Shown here: piece after piece, positions 37,621 through 46,199 of the stretch
Position numbering within the stretch: position 1 is the first letter of the stretch
Layout of the letters: every line of letters begins with the position of its first letter
Origin: an uncultured Acidobacteriaceae bacterium
GTDB taxonomy: Bacteria > Acidobacteriota > Terriglobia > Terriglobales > Acidobacteriaceae
Direction: 5' to 3'
Assembly (NCBI GenBank): GCA_964403025.1
Contig: CAYOEH010000002.1
Location: 341,921 to 405,920 of the forward strand
Length of the DNA stretch: 64,000 nt
Translations under genes and position numbers: made by a program
The notes under the pieces: generated by a model
What the model was told of the DNA's origin: nothing
The model's input: only the letters and a program-made list of their open reading frames with translations
The model's database searches: none

Positions 37621-39228
37621 CTACGGCAGCCCGAACTCGTACACGGCGCTGCCCGCCGCGATCGCCACATATTCTTTGCCATCCACCGCGAAGGCTACCG
37701 GCGCCGCATAGACGGCGCCGCCCATCTGGAAATGCCACAGCGCCTTGCCCGTGGCGGCATCGAGCGCGATGAAGTTTCCTTCGGCGTCGCCGGTGAATAC
37801 CAGGCCTCCAGCCGTCGATAGCACGCCCGACCACGTCGGCGATGTATGCTCGAACTTCCACTTGATCTCGCCCGTCGCGGGATCGATCGCCTTCAAAAAT
37901 CCGCGATACGGCTCGGCATCTTCCGACGGAAAATAAGCGCTGCCGTAATAGGCATGGCCGGCTTCATAAGGTTGCGGCGCGGTCGAGAAAATGTCGCACT
38001 GGTCGCGCGCCGTCACGTAGAACAAAGAAGTCCGTGGATCGAACGCCGGCGCCATGAAGTTCGTCGTGCCCAGCGCTCCCGGACACACCGTATGCCCTTC
38101 GAGCGTCGGCGAAGCTTCTTTCTTCGCAACAGGACGTCCCTCGGCATCTTTGCTCTCGCTCCACGTGATCTTGCCGTAAGCATTCGCAGAAATCAATTTC
38201 CCGGTGGTGCGATCGATCACGTAGAAAAATCCGTTCCGGTTCGCCTGCACGATCAGATGTTTTCCGCCGGAATCAATGATCACCGGCACCTGCGTCGCAT
38301 CCCAGTCATGTTCGTCGTGTTTGGTGAACTGGAAATACCAGTTCATCTTTCCCGTGTCTGCATTCAGCGCCAGCAGCGTATTGCTGTAGAGATTGTCCCC
38401 CGCTCGTCCCTCGCCGCGATTCGAGGGCGAAGGATTTCCCGTAGGCCAGAAAATCTGGTTGGTGACGGCGTCATAGGTTCCCGTGTTCCACGCCGGAGCG
38501 CCACCGATCTTCCACGAATCACCCTCCCACGTTTCATGCCCCGGCTCACCCGGTCCCGGCACGGTGTAGAAGCGCCATTTGCGCTCGCCGGTCGCCGCAT
38601 CGTAGGCATCGATAAATCCGCGCACTCCGTATTCGCCCCCAGAAACGCCGATCACGACAAGATTTTTCACCGCGAGCGGCGCGACCGTGAAGCTGTATCC
38701 CTTTTGATAATCCGCGGCCACAACATCCCAGATCACGTTGCCAGTTTTCGTGTCCAGCGCAATCACATGCGAATCGAGCGTTCCCAGAAAAACTTTATCT
38801 CCCAAAATCGCGAGCCCGCGGTTCACCCGCCCGCAGCACGGACGAATATCGCCCGGCAGTTGATGCTGGTACAGCCAGATCGGCCGCCCCGTGCGCGCAT
38901 CCAGCGCGAAAGCGCGGTCGTCCTGTGCCGTCGCGTAGAGAATGCCGTCCACCACCAGCGGCGAGGTCTCGAGCTTGCCTGTAGCCCCCGTCTGGAATAC
39001 CCACTTCGCCACCATCGTGTACGCAGTCGCGGTATTGATCTGATCCAGCGAACTGAAGCGCTTGCCCGAATAATCGCCGGAATACGTCATCCAGTTCTGT
39101 GGCTCTTTTCCAGAATTCAGGAGCCGCTCGAACGTCACCTGTGCCAGAACCTCGCCTGCAAAGAGGCACACGAGCAGCAAGGTCATCCCAATTTTCGTCC
39201 AGATTCCGTAGCGTCCTTTGCCAGACAT
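37621..39228 (-). CDS. PQQ-dependent alcohol dehydrogenase (methanol/ethanol family), lanthanide-type signature
   Basis: Vicinal Cys pair in DIRPCCGRVNRG, propeller W-motifs, and NRNGFFYVIDRTTGKLI. HDEHDWDA places an Asp two residues after the catalytic Asp (38299-38307). The start is uncertain: 39228, 39186 or 39306. Confidence 0.85.
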   Translation of the reverse strand: MSGKGRYGIWTKIGMTLLLVCLFAGEVLAQVTFERLLNSGKEPQNWMTYSGDYSGKRFSSLDQINTATAYTMVAKWVFQTGATGKLETSPLVVDGILYATAQDDRAFALDARTGRPIWLYQHQLPGDIRPCCGRVNRGLAILGDKVFLGTLDSHVIALDTKTGNVIWDVVAADYQKGYSFTVAPLAVKNLVVIGVSGGEYGVRGFIDAYDAATGERKWRFYTVPGPGEPGHETWEGDSWKIGGAPAWNTGTYDAVTNQIFWPTGNPSPSNRGEGRAGDNLYSNTLLALNADTGKMNWYFQFTKHDEHDWDATQVPVIIDSGGKHLIVQANRNGFFYVIDRTTGKLISANAYGKITWSESKDAEGRPVAKKEASPTLEGHTVCPGALGTTNFMAPAFDPRTSLFYVTARDQCDIFSTAPQPYEAGHAYYGSAYFPSEDAEPYRGFLKAIDPATGEIKWKFEHTSPTWSGVLSTAGGLVFTGDAEGNFIALDAATGKALWHFQMGGAVYAAPVAFAVDGKEYVAIAAGSAVYEFGLP

Positions 39229-39324
39229 CTTGATCCAAGCTCCGCGACAAGCTTTGCCAAGCATCTTCATCCGAACTCCGCTACGTCGTTTGCCAAGTAT
39301 GTTCATCGGAACCCCTGCGCAACT
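39181..39324. repeat. degenerate 36-bp tandem repeat (3 clear copies plus a weaker fourth) over the dehydrogenase 5' end
   Basis: tttgccagacatcttgatccaagctccgcgacaagc / tttgccaagcatcttcatccgaactccgctacgtcg / tttgccaagtatgttcatcggaacccctgcgcaact (39217-39324). Each unit carries a minus-strand ATG that is in frame with the ORF. Confidence 0.75.
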
Positions 39325-39329
39325 GTGGA

Positions 39330-39470
39330 AGAGCGGCCCTTTCAGGGCCGCGTCTTGGCCCCAGAGAGAAATGGCCTTTAGGCCCTGTGGTCCGCTAGGG
39401 TTGAAGCCCGGGGCTTTGGGTCTGTTCTTACGCGGCGCTGAAACGCCGTTTTTGCACGGTCGTGCCCACG
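39330..39470. repeat. cluster of short GC-rich hairpins (REP-like) between cytochrome c and the dehydrogenase
   Basis: gcggccct-ttc-agggccgc (39333-39351), ggcc-ttta-ggcc (39373-39384), and ggcg-ctgaaa-cgcc (39434-39447), among others. Confidence 0.5.
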
Positions 39471-39525
39471 CCGCACCCCCGCCCGCCGAACCGTCGCGTT
39501 ACACACTCACGTAGCCCTCGCCCCG

Positions 39526-40422
39526 TCATTTCGCCCCCACGCTGATCAGGTAGGCCACAATATCCTCAAGATCCTTGTCGCTCAAAAGTTCCGGAGTATA
39601 GGTCGGCATCATCGATTCGCGGCTCTTCTGAAATGACCGCAGCTTGTTTTTGTCGAGCAGATAAATCTGCTCGCTTGCGTCCATCATCTGCACGCTGAAG
39701 TTGTCTTCGTTCAAAGCCACGCCCTTGATTTCCTTTCCGTCGGCCGTCACCACGGTAATCGTCTCGTATTCCTGGGGAAACTCTTTCGTGGCCTCGGTCA
39801 ATCCCCAAGCCAGCCGCCGGCTGGGATTGCGCACCGAATCGAGAATGGCAGCCCGCGTTCGCGATCCTCCCACGCTCGTGAGCTCCGGCCCCACACGGCC
39901 GCCCTTGCCCTCCACCATGTGGCAGAGCGAGCAATTCGCTTCACCATAAAAAAGTTCCTTGCCGTGCGCAGCACTGCCTGAGGGATTGGCTGCAGCGTTC
40001 ACCTCGACGCTGCGGATATAGGTGATGATCTGCCAGATCTCTTCGTCGGTCATGCCCACGCCCTGGCCATTGGTTCCGTTCGCCGGCATGACGGTCCCCG
40101 GGATTCCGTTGCTGATCACCTGAAACAGCTCCGCGTCGGAGTGCGCATGCTTTTTCTGTGCTCGCGTCAGGTCGGGACCGCGCCCGCCGCCGTGTGCCCC
40201 CAGCCCATGGCAAAGCGCGCAGTTAATCCGGAATTCATACTCTCCCGCCTTCGCTGCCTTGGAATCACCCGCATACGGGTTGTGATCGTCCGCCGCGCCA
40301 GCCGCAGTCACGGCCATCAGCAGGACGCCACAGATCGCCGACAGAACAAGCCCGCGCCTTTGAACACCCGAAACCGCAAATTTCGCCGTGATTCGCTCAC
40401 CTCGCGCAGGGGCCAAATACAT
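39526..40422 (-). CDS. dihaem c-type cytochrome
   Basis: Two CxxCH motifs (CALCHG, CSLCHM). ORF trimmed to ATG 40422 with a signal/TM segment LVLSAICGVLLMAVTAAGA. It lies upstream, in the same orientation, of the PQQ dehydrogenase. Confidence 0.8.
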   Translation of the reverse strand: MYLAPARGERITAKFAVSGVQRRGLVLSAICGVLLMAVTAAGAADDHNPYAGDSKAAKAGEYEFRINCALCHGLGAHGGGRGPDLTRAQKKHAHSDAELFQVISNGIPGTVMPANGTNGQGVGMTDEEIWQIITYIRSVEVNAAANPSGSAAHGKELFYGEANCSLCHMVEGKGGRVGPELTSVGGSRTRAAILDSVRNPSRRLAWGLTEATKEFPQEYETITVVTADGKEIKGVALNEDNFSVQMMDASEQIYLLDKNKLRSFQKSRESMMPTYTPELLSDKDLEDIVAYLISVGAK

Positions 40423-40653
40423 GAGTTCACCGTCCGGGAATTTGCCGAATTCTACGCTAAGCAATTGAGATCGTCGCTCTGGAAATCCGGGCCCCAACTC
40501 GAGGACCGTTTCGGAACGCTACCCGCCGTACATGACCGCCGGGTATCTGGGACCGGAACCGAAGGGTCTCTACACTTAAGATTCCCCGACCTCAAAGCCG
40601 ATCATCTGGTAAGGGGGGAGCTTTTATCTGTAGACCGGTAAGTTGCTGATAAT

Positions 40654-41328
40654 TCAGCCCTTCCATTGGAAAGCATTCGCCTGCGGAAGGCCCAGGTGAG
40701 CCAGCACGCGATAGGCAAACTCGCGGGCCATGTCATCTAGAGTAGCGGGCCGGTAATAGAAGGCTGGTATCAGCGGAAATACGGTCGCCCCGGCATCGGC
40801 GGCCCGGTACATGTTGCGGATGTGGATTTTGTTGAGCGGCGTCTCACGCACGCAAAGCACCAGCGGACGCTTCTCTTTCAAAGTGACATCGGCAGCGCGC
40901 TCGATCAGGTGCGAGGCGACGCCATTGGCAATCCGGGCCAAAGTGCCCACGCTGCAGGGGAGCACGACCATGGCATCGGCGGGGTAAGAACCGCTGGCCA
41001 CGTTGGCTCCGATATCGGCGTTCGATTGCTCTTCGATCTTAATTTTTTGCTCTTTGACTTTAGATGCGCTGCTTTCGTTGGCCAGGATCTGGCGCACAAG
41101 ATTCGCCCGGCCTCGAAGGCCAAGTTCTTCCGCGAGCACGCGCAAGGCCGAGTCCGATGCGATAAAGTTCACGGTTTGTACGCGTGCGTCGTGCTCGATC
41201 GCGATCAGCAATTGCCGGAGAAACACGGATCCGCTGGCGCCCGTGGTCGCGATGGTCAGATTTTGTGGCGGATGATTCGACAAAGCTTCTCCGGCGAGGC
41301 CAAGAGCGCAACCCCGACCTTGGAGCAT
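40654..41328 (-). CDS. ubiX: flavin prenyltransferase UbiX
   Basis: ITIATTGASGSVF..., MVVLPCSVGTLARIANG and LCVRETPLN are typical of UbiX/Pad1. The true start may be an internal non-ATG codon. Confidence 0.85.
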   Translation of the reverse strand: MLQGRGCALGLAGEALSNHPPQNLTIATTGASGSVFLRQLLIAIEHDARVQTVNFIASDSALRVLAEELGLRGRANLVRQILANESSASKVKEQKIKIEEQSNADIGANVASGSYPADAMVVLPCSVGTLARIANGVASHLIERAADVTLKEKRPLVLCVRETPLNKIHIRNMYRAADAGATVFPLIPAFYYRPATLDDMAREFAYRVLAHLGLPQANAFQWKG

Positions 41329-41363
41329 AGGGAGTCGCCGAAGGGGAAGTCAAGGTAAAGGGC

Positions 41364-41398
41364 GGAAGCCCGAAGCTAGGAGCTAGAAGCTAGAAGCT
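41364..41398. repeat. 7-bp tandem repeat (about 5 units, nGAAGCT-like)
   Basis: ggaagcc cgaagct aggagct agaagct agaagct, located in the divergent ubiX / 41406 intergenic region. Confidence 0.7.
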
Positions 41399-41405
41399 GA
41401 TTTTT

Positions 41406-42995
41406 ATGGCATCAACGGCCAATCTACGATCTCGCCGCAGCGCAGCCGAACGCCACGCTCTGGCCGGAGTGGAGCGCGAAATCCGCGCCCAGGATTCGAA
41501 CGGCCGCCGTAAATATCTGCGCGAGTTCACCCAAGCCTTCAGCCAGTACAATTCTCTTCTGGATCGCGACCAATTTAACAATGCTTTGCATGCGGCGGAC
41601 GTGGTTCTGGTCGGCGACTATCATGCCCTGCCTGCGGCCCAACGCTATGCCGCCTCTTTGTTTGAGCAGCGCGCGCTGGCTGGAGACCGTCCGGTGGTCC
41701 TCGGCGTCGAAACCATCTTCGCCCGAGACCAGCACATTCTCGAAGAATGGTGGCGCCGCGAAATTGATGAGGCCGAACTTCGCCAGCGTATCCGTTTCGA
41801 TCTTGACTGGGGATACGACTGGACTCCGTTCTACGAATTGCTGGTCGCGGCGCGCGACCACGGCGAGTCGATCTATGGCCTCGATTGCATGCCGCGCGAA
41901 AGCTTGCGCAAAATTGGCGCCCGCGATCGCCATGCCGCCGCCAAGATTGCCGAGATTCGCCAGCGGCATCCAGAAGCGGTTATCTTCGTACTCTTCGGCG
42001 AATCCCACCTCGCTCCCGGACATCTCCCGCGCGTGCTGCAGAAGGCTATACCCGGCGCCAAAACCCTGACCGTGTTGCAGAATATCGACGCGCTATATTG
42101 GCGCGCGGCGGGCGAACCGGTCGACAAGGTTGACGCAGTCCGCGTACAAGAAGACGTACTTTGCGTTTTTAACGCCACCCCGCTCGAAAAATACGAAAGC
42201 TACCGCCTGTTCCTCGATCAATGGAGCCGCTGCGAGACCGGCCCTGATTTCGCTCCCACCATTTACAACCTGATCGACAGCCTGGCCAGCTTTCTCGAGA
42301 TCAACCGCTATTCGCCGCACAATGGCACGCAGCCCAAGTTCCTGGTCGACCTGCTGCCGGAGGTTCACGGCAACTCGTCGGATGCGACCTTGCGGCGTCT
42401 ACTCTCGCGCAAAGCCATCAGCCAGCCGCAACTCCAAACCATGCTCGCCAGCGTGGAGGAGCGCGGTTGCGCCTATTTCCCTGAAGTCAACGCATTCCAC
42501 ATTCGCGAATTTCAGCTGGTTCATGCGGCCGAGGACGCTGCCCGCTTTCTCCATCACGCCTGCCGCGGCCTGCCCCAGCGTTTGAATGGACACAACATGA
42601 ACGGCGAGGACTCCCGCGGAAATAGCAGCGCAGTCGCCGCGACCGACGCTTTCTATACGCGAGTGATTGAAAACGCCGTCGCCTATTTCGGCTCGCGCGT
42701 GCTTTATCCTTCGCGGCCCGCTCCCGAAACCGAAGCGCCCGCGTTGTCGCGTGCCACCGTTGAAAAAGCCGCGCAGGCGGCCATCCGCGCGGATGCGGCC
42801 AGATTTGACTCAGCCGCGCAAGAATGGGGTTACCGCCTCGGAAACCAGATCTACGAGTCGTATCTCGCCGGCAAAGTGAAGCCGAGCGGCCTTCGCCGCC
42901 TGTTCCTGACGCATCTCGACGAACCTGGACTCGCCCGAAAAGTCTGCACCGCCGTGATCGCCCGAGTGCGCTCTTCCTCTAACGCCCACCCTTAA
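41406..42995 (+). CDS. hypothetical protein, possibly ChaN/Tiki-superfamily
   Basis: 529 aa. The N-terminal region DVVLVGDYHALPAAQRYAASLFEQ and ...FVLFGESHL resemble the GxxH / ESH elements of ChaN-like proteins. This is a weak, memory-based call. Confidence 0.35.
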   Translation: MASTANLRSRRSAAERHALAGVEREIRAQDSNGRRKYLREFTQAFSQYNSLLDRDQFNNALHAADVVLVGDYHALPAAQRYAASLFEQRALAGDRPVVLGVETIFARDQHILEEWWRREIDEAELRQRIRFDLDWGYDWTPFYELLVAARDHGESIYGLDCMPRESLRKIGARDRHAAAKIAEIRQRHPEAVIFVLFGESHLAPGHLPRVLQKAIPGAKTLTVLQNIDALYWRAAGEPVDKVDAVRVQEDVLCVFNATPLEKYESYRLFLDQWSRCETGPDFAPTIYNLIDSLASFLEINRYSPHNGTQPKFLVDLLPEVHGNSSDATLRRLLSRKAISQPQLQTMLASVEERGCAYFPEVNAFHIREFQLVHAAEDAARFLHHACRGLPQRLNGHNMNGEDSRGNSSAVAATDAFYTRVIENAVAYFGSRVLYPSRPAPETEAPALSRATVEKAAQAAIRADAARFDSAAQEWGYRLGNQIYESYLAGKVKPSGLRRLFLTHLDEPGLARKVCTAVIARVRSSSNAHP

Positions 42996-43013
42996 CCCCC
43001 TGAACTCGGCTCA

Positions 43014-43080
43014 GATGCTAATCTAGATTTCGCATCCTGATTTTGCATCTTATGTTTTCGCATCTAAGATTTCGCGTAGT
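43014..43080. repeat. AT-rich word repeat (GATTTCGCATC-like, 4 copies, period about 13-14)
   Basis: gatttcgcatc (43026), gattttgcatc (43039), gttttcgcatc (43054) and gatttcgcgta (43068), immediately upstream of larB. Confidence 0.7.
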
Positions 43081-43098
43081 CGACTGCTGAGCGCCACC

Positions 43099-43845
43099 GT
43101 GAACGCCGAATCCATCCGCAAATTGTTCGAGCAAGTGCGCCACGGGAAAATCACGCCCGACGACGCGGTCGAGCGCCTGCGTCACCTCCCCTTTGAAGAT
43201 CTTGGCTTCGCCAAGGTCGACCATCATCGCAGCCTGCGCGCGGGCATGCCGGAAGTTATTTTCGGAGAGCGGAAGACACCCGCACACACCGCGCAGATCT
43301 TCGCACGGCTGGCCAAGCAAGGCGGCAACGTCCTGGCGACGCGCGCCGACAAGAAGCAGTTTGCCGCCGTCAAGAAAAAAGTTCGCGCCGTGGAATATCG
43401 CGAACTCGCGCGCGCAATTGTTTTGCAGCGCGATCCGCATACCTACGGCAAAGGGACGATCGCCGTGGTCTCGGCAGGAACCAGCGATATTCCAGTGGCA
43501 GAAGAGGCCCTCGTCACTGCCGAACTGATGGGTAATTCCGTTGAGCACTTCTACGATGTTGGCGTCGCCGGCATTCATCGTCTGCTGGCCAATCGCGAAG
43601 CGCTCACCAAAGCTCGCGTGGTGATCGTCTGCGCCGGCATGGAAGGCGCCCTGCCCAGCGTGGTCGGCGGTCTCGTGGGCGTACCCGTGATCGCCGTGCC
43701 TACCAGCGTTGGTTACGGCGCGTCGTTCAAGGGCCTGACTGCGCTCCTCGGCATGCTCAATTCCTGCGCCTCCAATGTGAGCGTGGTGAATATCGATAAC
43801 GGATTCGGCGCCGGATATGTCGCATCGCTGATTAACCGGCTGTAA
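43099..43845 (+). CDS. larB: nickel-pincer cofactor biosynthesis protein LarB (PurE-like carboxylase/hydrolase)
   Basis: GTG start. [31 protein letters not shown] and [15 protein letters not shown] are characteristic of LarB. Confidence 0.8.
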   Translation: MNAESIRKLFEQVRHGKITPDDAVERLRHLPFEDLGFAKVDHHRSLRAGMPEVIFGERKTPAHTAQIFARLAKQGGNVLATRADKKQFAAVKKKVRAVEYRELARAIVLQRDPHTYGKGTIAVVSAGTSDIPVAEEALVTAELMGNSVEHFYDVGVAGIHRLLANREALTKARVVIVCAGMEGALPSVVGGLVGVPVIAVPTSVGYGASFKGLTALLGMLNSCASNVSVVNIDNGFGAGYVASLINRL

Positions 43846-43857
43846 GGAGTTCAGGGA

Positions 43858-45155
43858 ATGAAGTGTTTCTCGATCGCGATCCTACTTTGTACTTTTGCAA
43901 ATACCTCGTTTGTGGAAAATACAAAAACGATTCAGCTGGCAGAGGTTGCGCAGCACTCCATCGATCAATCCAAACTCACATCGCCAGGGAGCGCGCCTTT
44001 TCATCTGAAAGCAGAAATTGTTGAGACCACAAATCCCGGCTCCGACTACAAGGCGGAAATTGAGGAATACGGGGCTTCTCCCGAAAAGTGGCGGCGGACG
44101 ATCGTATCGCCGGGCTTTTCGCAAACTCTGACCGTGACGGCGATCAGATCTCGGAACAGAACAAAGGGGACTATTTCCCGTGGTGGCTAAACGATCTCGT
44201 CACCGCCATCTTCGATCCCGTGCCGATGCTCGACAGTTTGAAGAAGGTAAATGCACCGATGCAAAAGCCAAGCGGCTCGCAGCGTTCCAACAGCTGCGCC
44301 CGGCTGCAGATGAAAGTTGGCGCGCCTCCAGCCGAGAACAGCGCGTTCCTCGTATTTTGCTGCGAAGGCAGTCGCGGCCTACTTGAATCGGTAATCACTC
44401 CCGCATATGACGCCGAATTTAAGGATTATGCCGACTTTAAAAACATCAAAGTGGCTCGACGATTTGTGATCAACCCCGAGCCAGGCACGACGATCGAGGC
44501 AAAGATAACCCAGCTCGAGGAACTCGCGAGCCTTGAGGAAAGCCGATTCGCAGTCCAGCACTCGACGCCTCCCAAGGAATGCATCGACCGCATTAGCGTT
44601 CCGGAAGCTACCGTGCGAAGCTTGTCGGAATACACACCGGACGTCCTTTGGCCGCCTGTGCGCAGCGGCAAGACCTCCGGCGTCCTCAGCATGTACATCT
44701 CCGTAGATCGTAGCGGGCGTGTTCGCGAAGCCTGGCCGCTGAACTCCGATAATGCGGGGCTAGAAAACGCGGCACGTGAGCAAGTAATGAAGTGGCGATT
44801 CAAGCCGGCCACGATGCACGATGTCCCTGTTCAAACGGAGACCGTGCTGACCTTTGCCTTCACCACAAAGATTGGGGATCCGATACCCATCCTCACAGAC
44901 GATGAAGCTCGCAAGTTGGCCATGAATGTACTCGAACCTTCGTTTCCTCCCGGAAGCAAGAAAGGGACCGAAGTGAAGGTACAGATTGGAGTTAACTTGG
45001 ATGGGACGGTGAATGGAGTCGGAAATCCTTACGACGTGCCAACGCCGCTTTTCATGGCAGCATCCGCAACTGTCCGGCAATGGCATTTCCGGCCGTACCT
45101 GCGTAAGGGCAAGCCCGATCTCTTTGGCGCCGACATCGTCTTTCGAGTTCCGTAA
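43858..45155 (+). pseudogene. secreted protein with two TonB-C-like domains, interrupted by a frameshift near 44134-44140
   Basis: ORF 43858-44190 (signal peptide MKCFSIAILLCTFA) and ORF 44088-45155 overlap in different frames. ...SPGFSQTLTV reads on as [x]GDQISEQNKGDYFPWWLNDL if one nt is added. C-terminal W.F.PA-type TonB_C motifs are present. Confidence 0.6.
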
Positions 45156-45165
45156 AAATCTTGCA

Positions 45166-45198
45166 GAAGAAAAACGGGCGCGACTTTTCGCCGCGCCC
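45166..45198 (-). terminator. intrinsic terminator after the BON-domain gene
   Basis: Minus-strand reading is gggcgcg-gcgaaaagt-cgcgccc followed by gtttttcttc. It lies 19 nt after the stop at 45217. Confidence 0.7.
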
Positions 45199-45216
45199 AA
45201 GGCTCACCCCCAACAA

Positions 45217-46029
45217 TTACATCCCCGACAGGCTGGACTGACCGGCCTGGCGCGAATCTCTTTCCACCACCAGTTTGTTCTCTACGCTGAACGCGCCGAA
45301 CAGTTGGTTGGCGCGAATGCCCGCGACATTCTTGTCCATGGCGCTATCCACCGATCCGTACAGCGTGATGTGGCCGTTATCCACGATGATCCGTATCGGC
45401 CGCGCTGGATCGATCGCGTATTTGCTCAGCACAGAGTCGCGGTAGATCACACGAGCCGCGCGCAAGCGCAGACCATCATCAAAAAGGGAGACTGGTTCCA
45501 ATGAGATGTTCGAGATTACGTCCTTCACTCCCCGCATATTCTGTATGTCGGCCAGGGCCTCGTCGCGGCCCACTCCAGTTCGATCCTGTCCCTCTACCGT
45601 GACCACGCCGTCCTTTACGCCCAGCGCGAAATAGTCGAACGTGATGTCGTAGCCGGCACGCACGTAGCGCAGCTTCTTAGCCAGTTGCTGCTCCAGTTGC
45701 GCATCAGGTACCGTCGGCCCCGCCACCGTAATCAGGTTACGCACGCCCTGCACATTCGAAGCTTTTCGAGCGAGCTTGGCCGCGTCCAGTTTGCGCTGGT
45801 AGAGATCGACCGCGCCCGTCAGGGTTACGATTCCGTCTTGGGTGCTCGATTGCACATCGCGGAACTGATTCTTCGCCGCCAATTTCTGCGCCACAGTTGT
45901 TTGAATTTGATTGTCGTAGCGCGTCGCCGCCACCGGCTCGGCCAGGAGCATCCCGCTCATTAGCCCCACCGCCAGCAGCGCACCCACCATTTTCAGCAAA
46001 CCTGCTTTGTTCTTTCTCACTACTGTCAT
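45217..46029 (-). CDS. periplasmic protein with three BON domains
   Basis: Signal peptide LLKMVGALLAVGLMSGMLLA. Three repeats ending ...V.V....G.VTL.G.V......A...A..v.GV..V.N. Confidence 0.8.
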   Translation of the reverse strand: MTVVRKNKAGLLKMVGALLAVGLMSGMLLAEPVAATRYDNQIQTTVAQKLAAKNQFRDVQSSTQDGIVTLTGAVDLYQRKLDAAKLARKASNVQGVRNLITVAGPTVPDAQLEQQLAKKLRYVRAGYDITFDYFALGVKDGVVTVEGQDRTGVGRDEALADIQNMRGVKDVISNISLEPVSLFDDGLRLRAARVIYRDSVLSKYAIDPARPIRIIVDNGHITLYGSVDSAMDKNVAGIRANQLFGAFSVENKLVVERDSRQAGQSSLSGM

Positions 46030-46199
46030 AGGTCACCTCCGACCCAATATTGACGAAACTTTACGAACTAACCACTTGGTTAATTCCTTCGATGCGGTCA
46101 TGTGCGCAGGAGATGCATTAGTGCGTCGAACGCAGCCAGGCAGGATCGTCCGCAACTTCTTCAGGCTTGTCGGGTTAAATAAGAACGTGAGGGGCGAGG

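Noticed and set aside
37846-39381. 511-aa plus-strand ORF opposite the PQQ dehydrogenase
   Set aside because: It is a shadow ORF, extremely Arg-rich (RRRHEVRRAQRSRTHR...). The opposite frame has the PQQ-ADH signatures.
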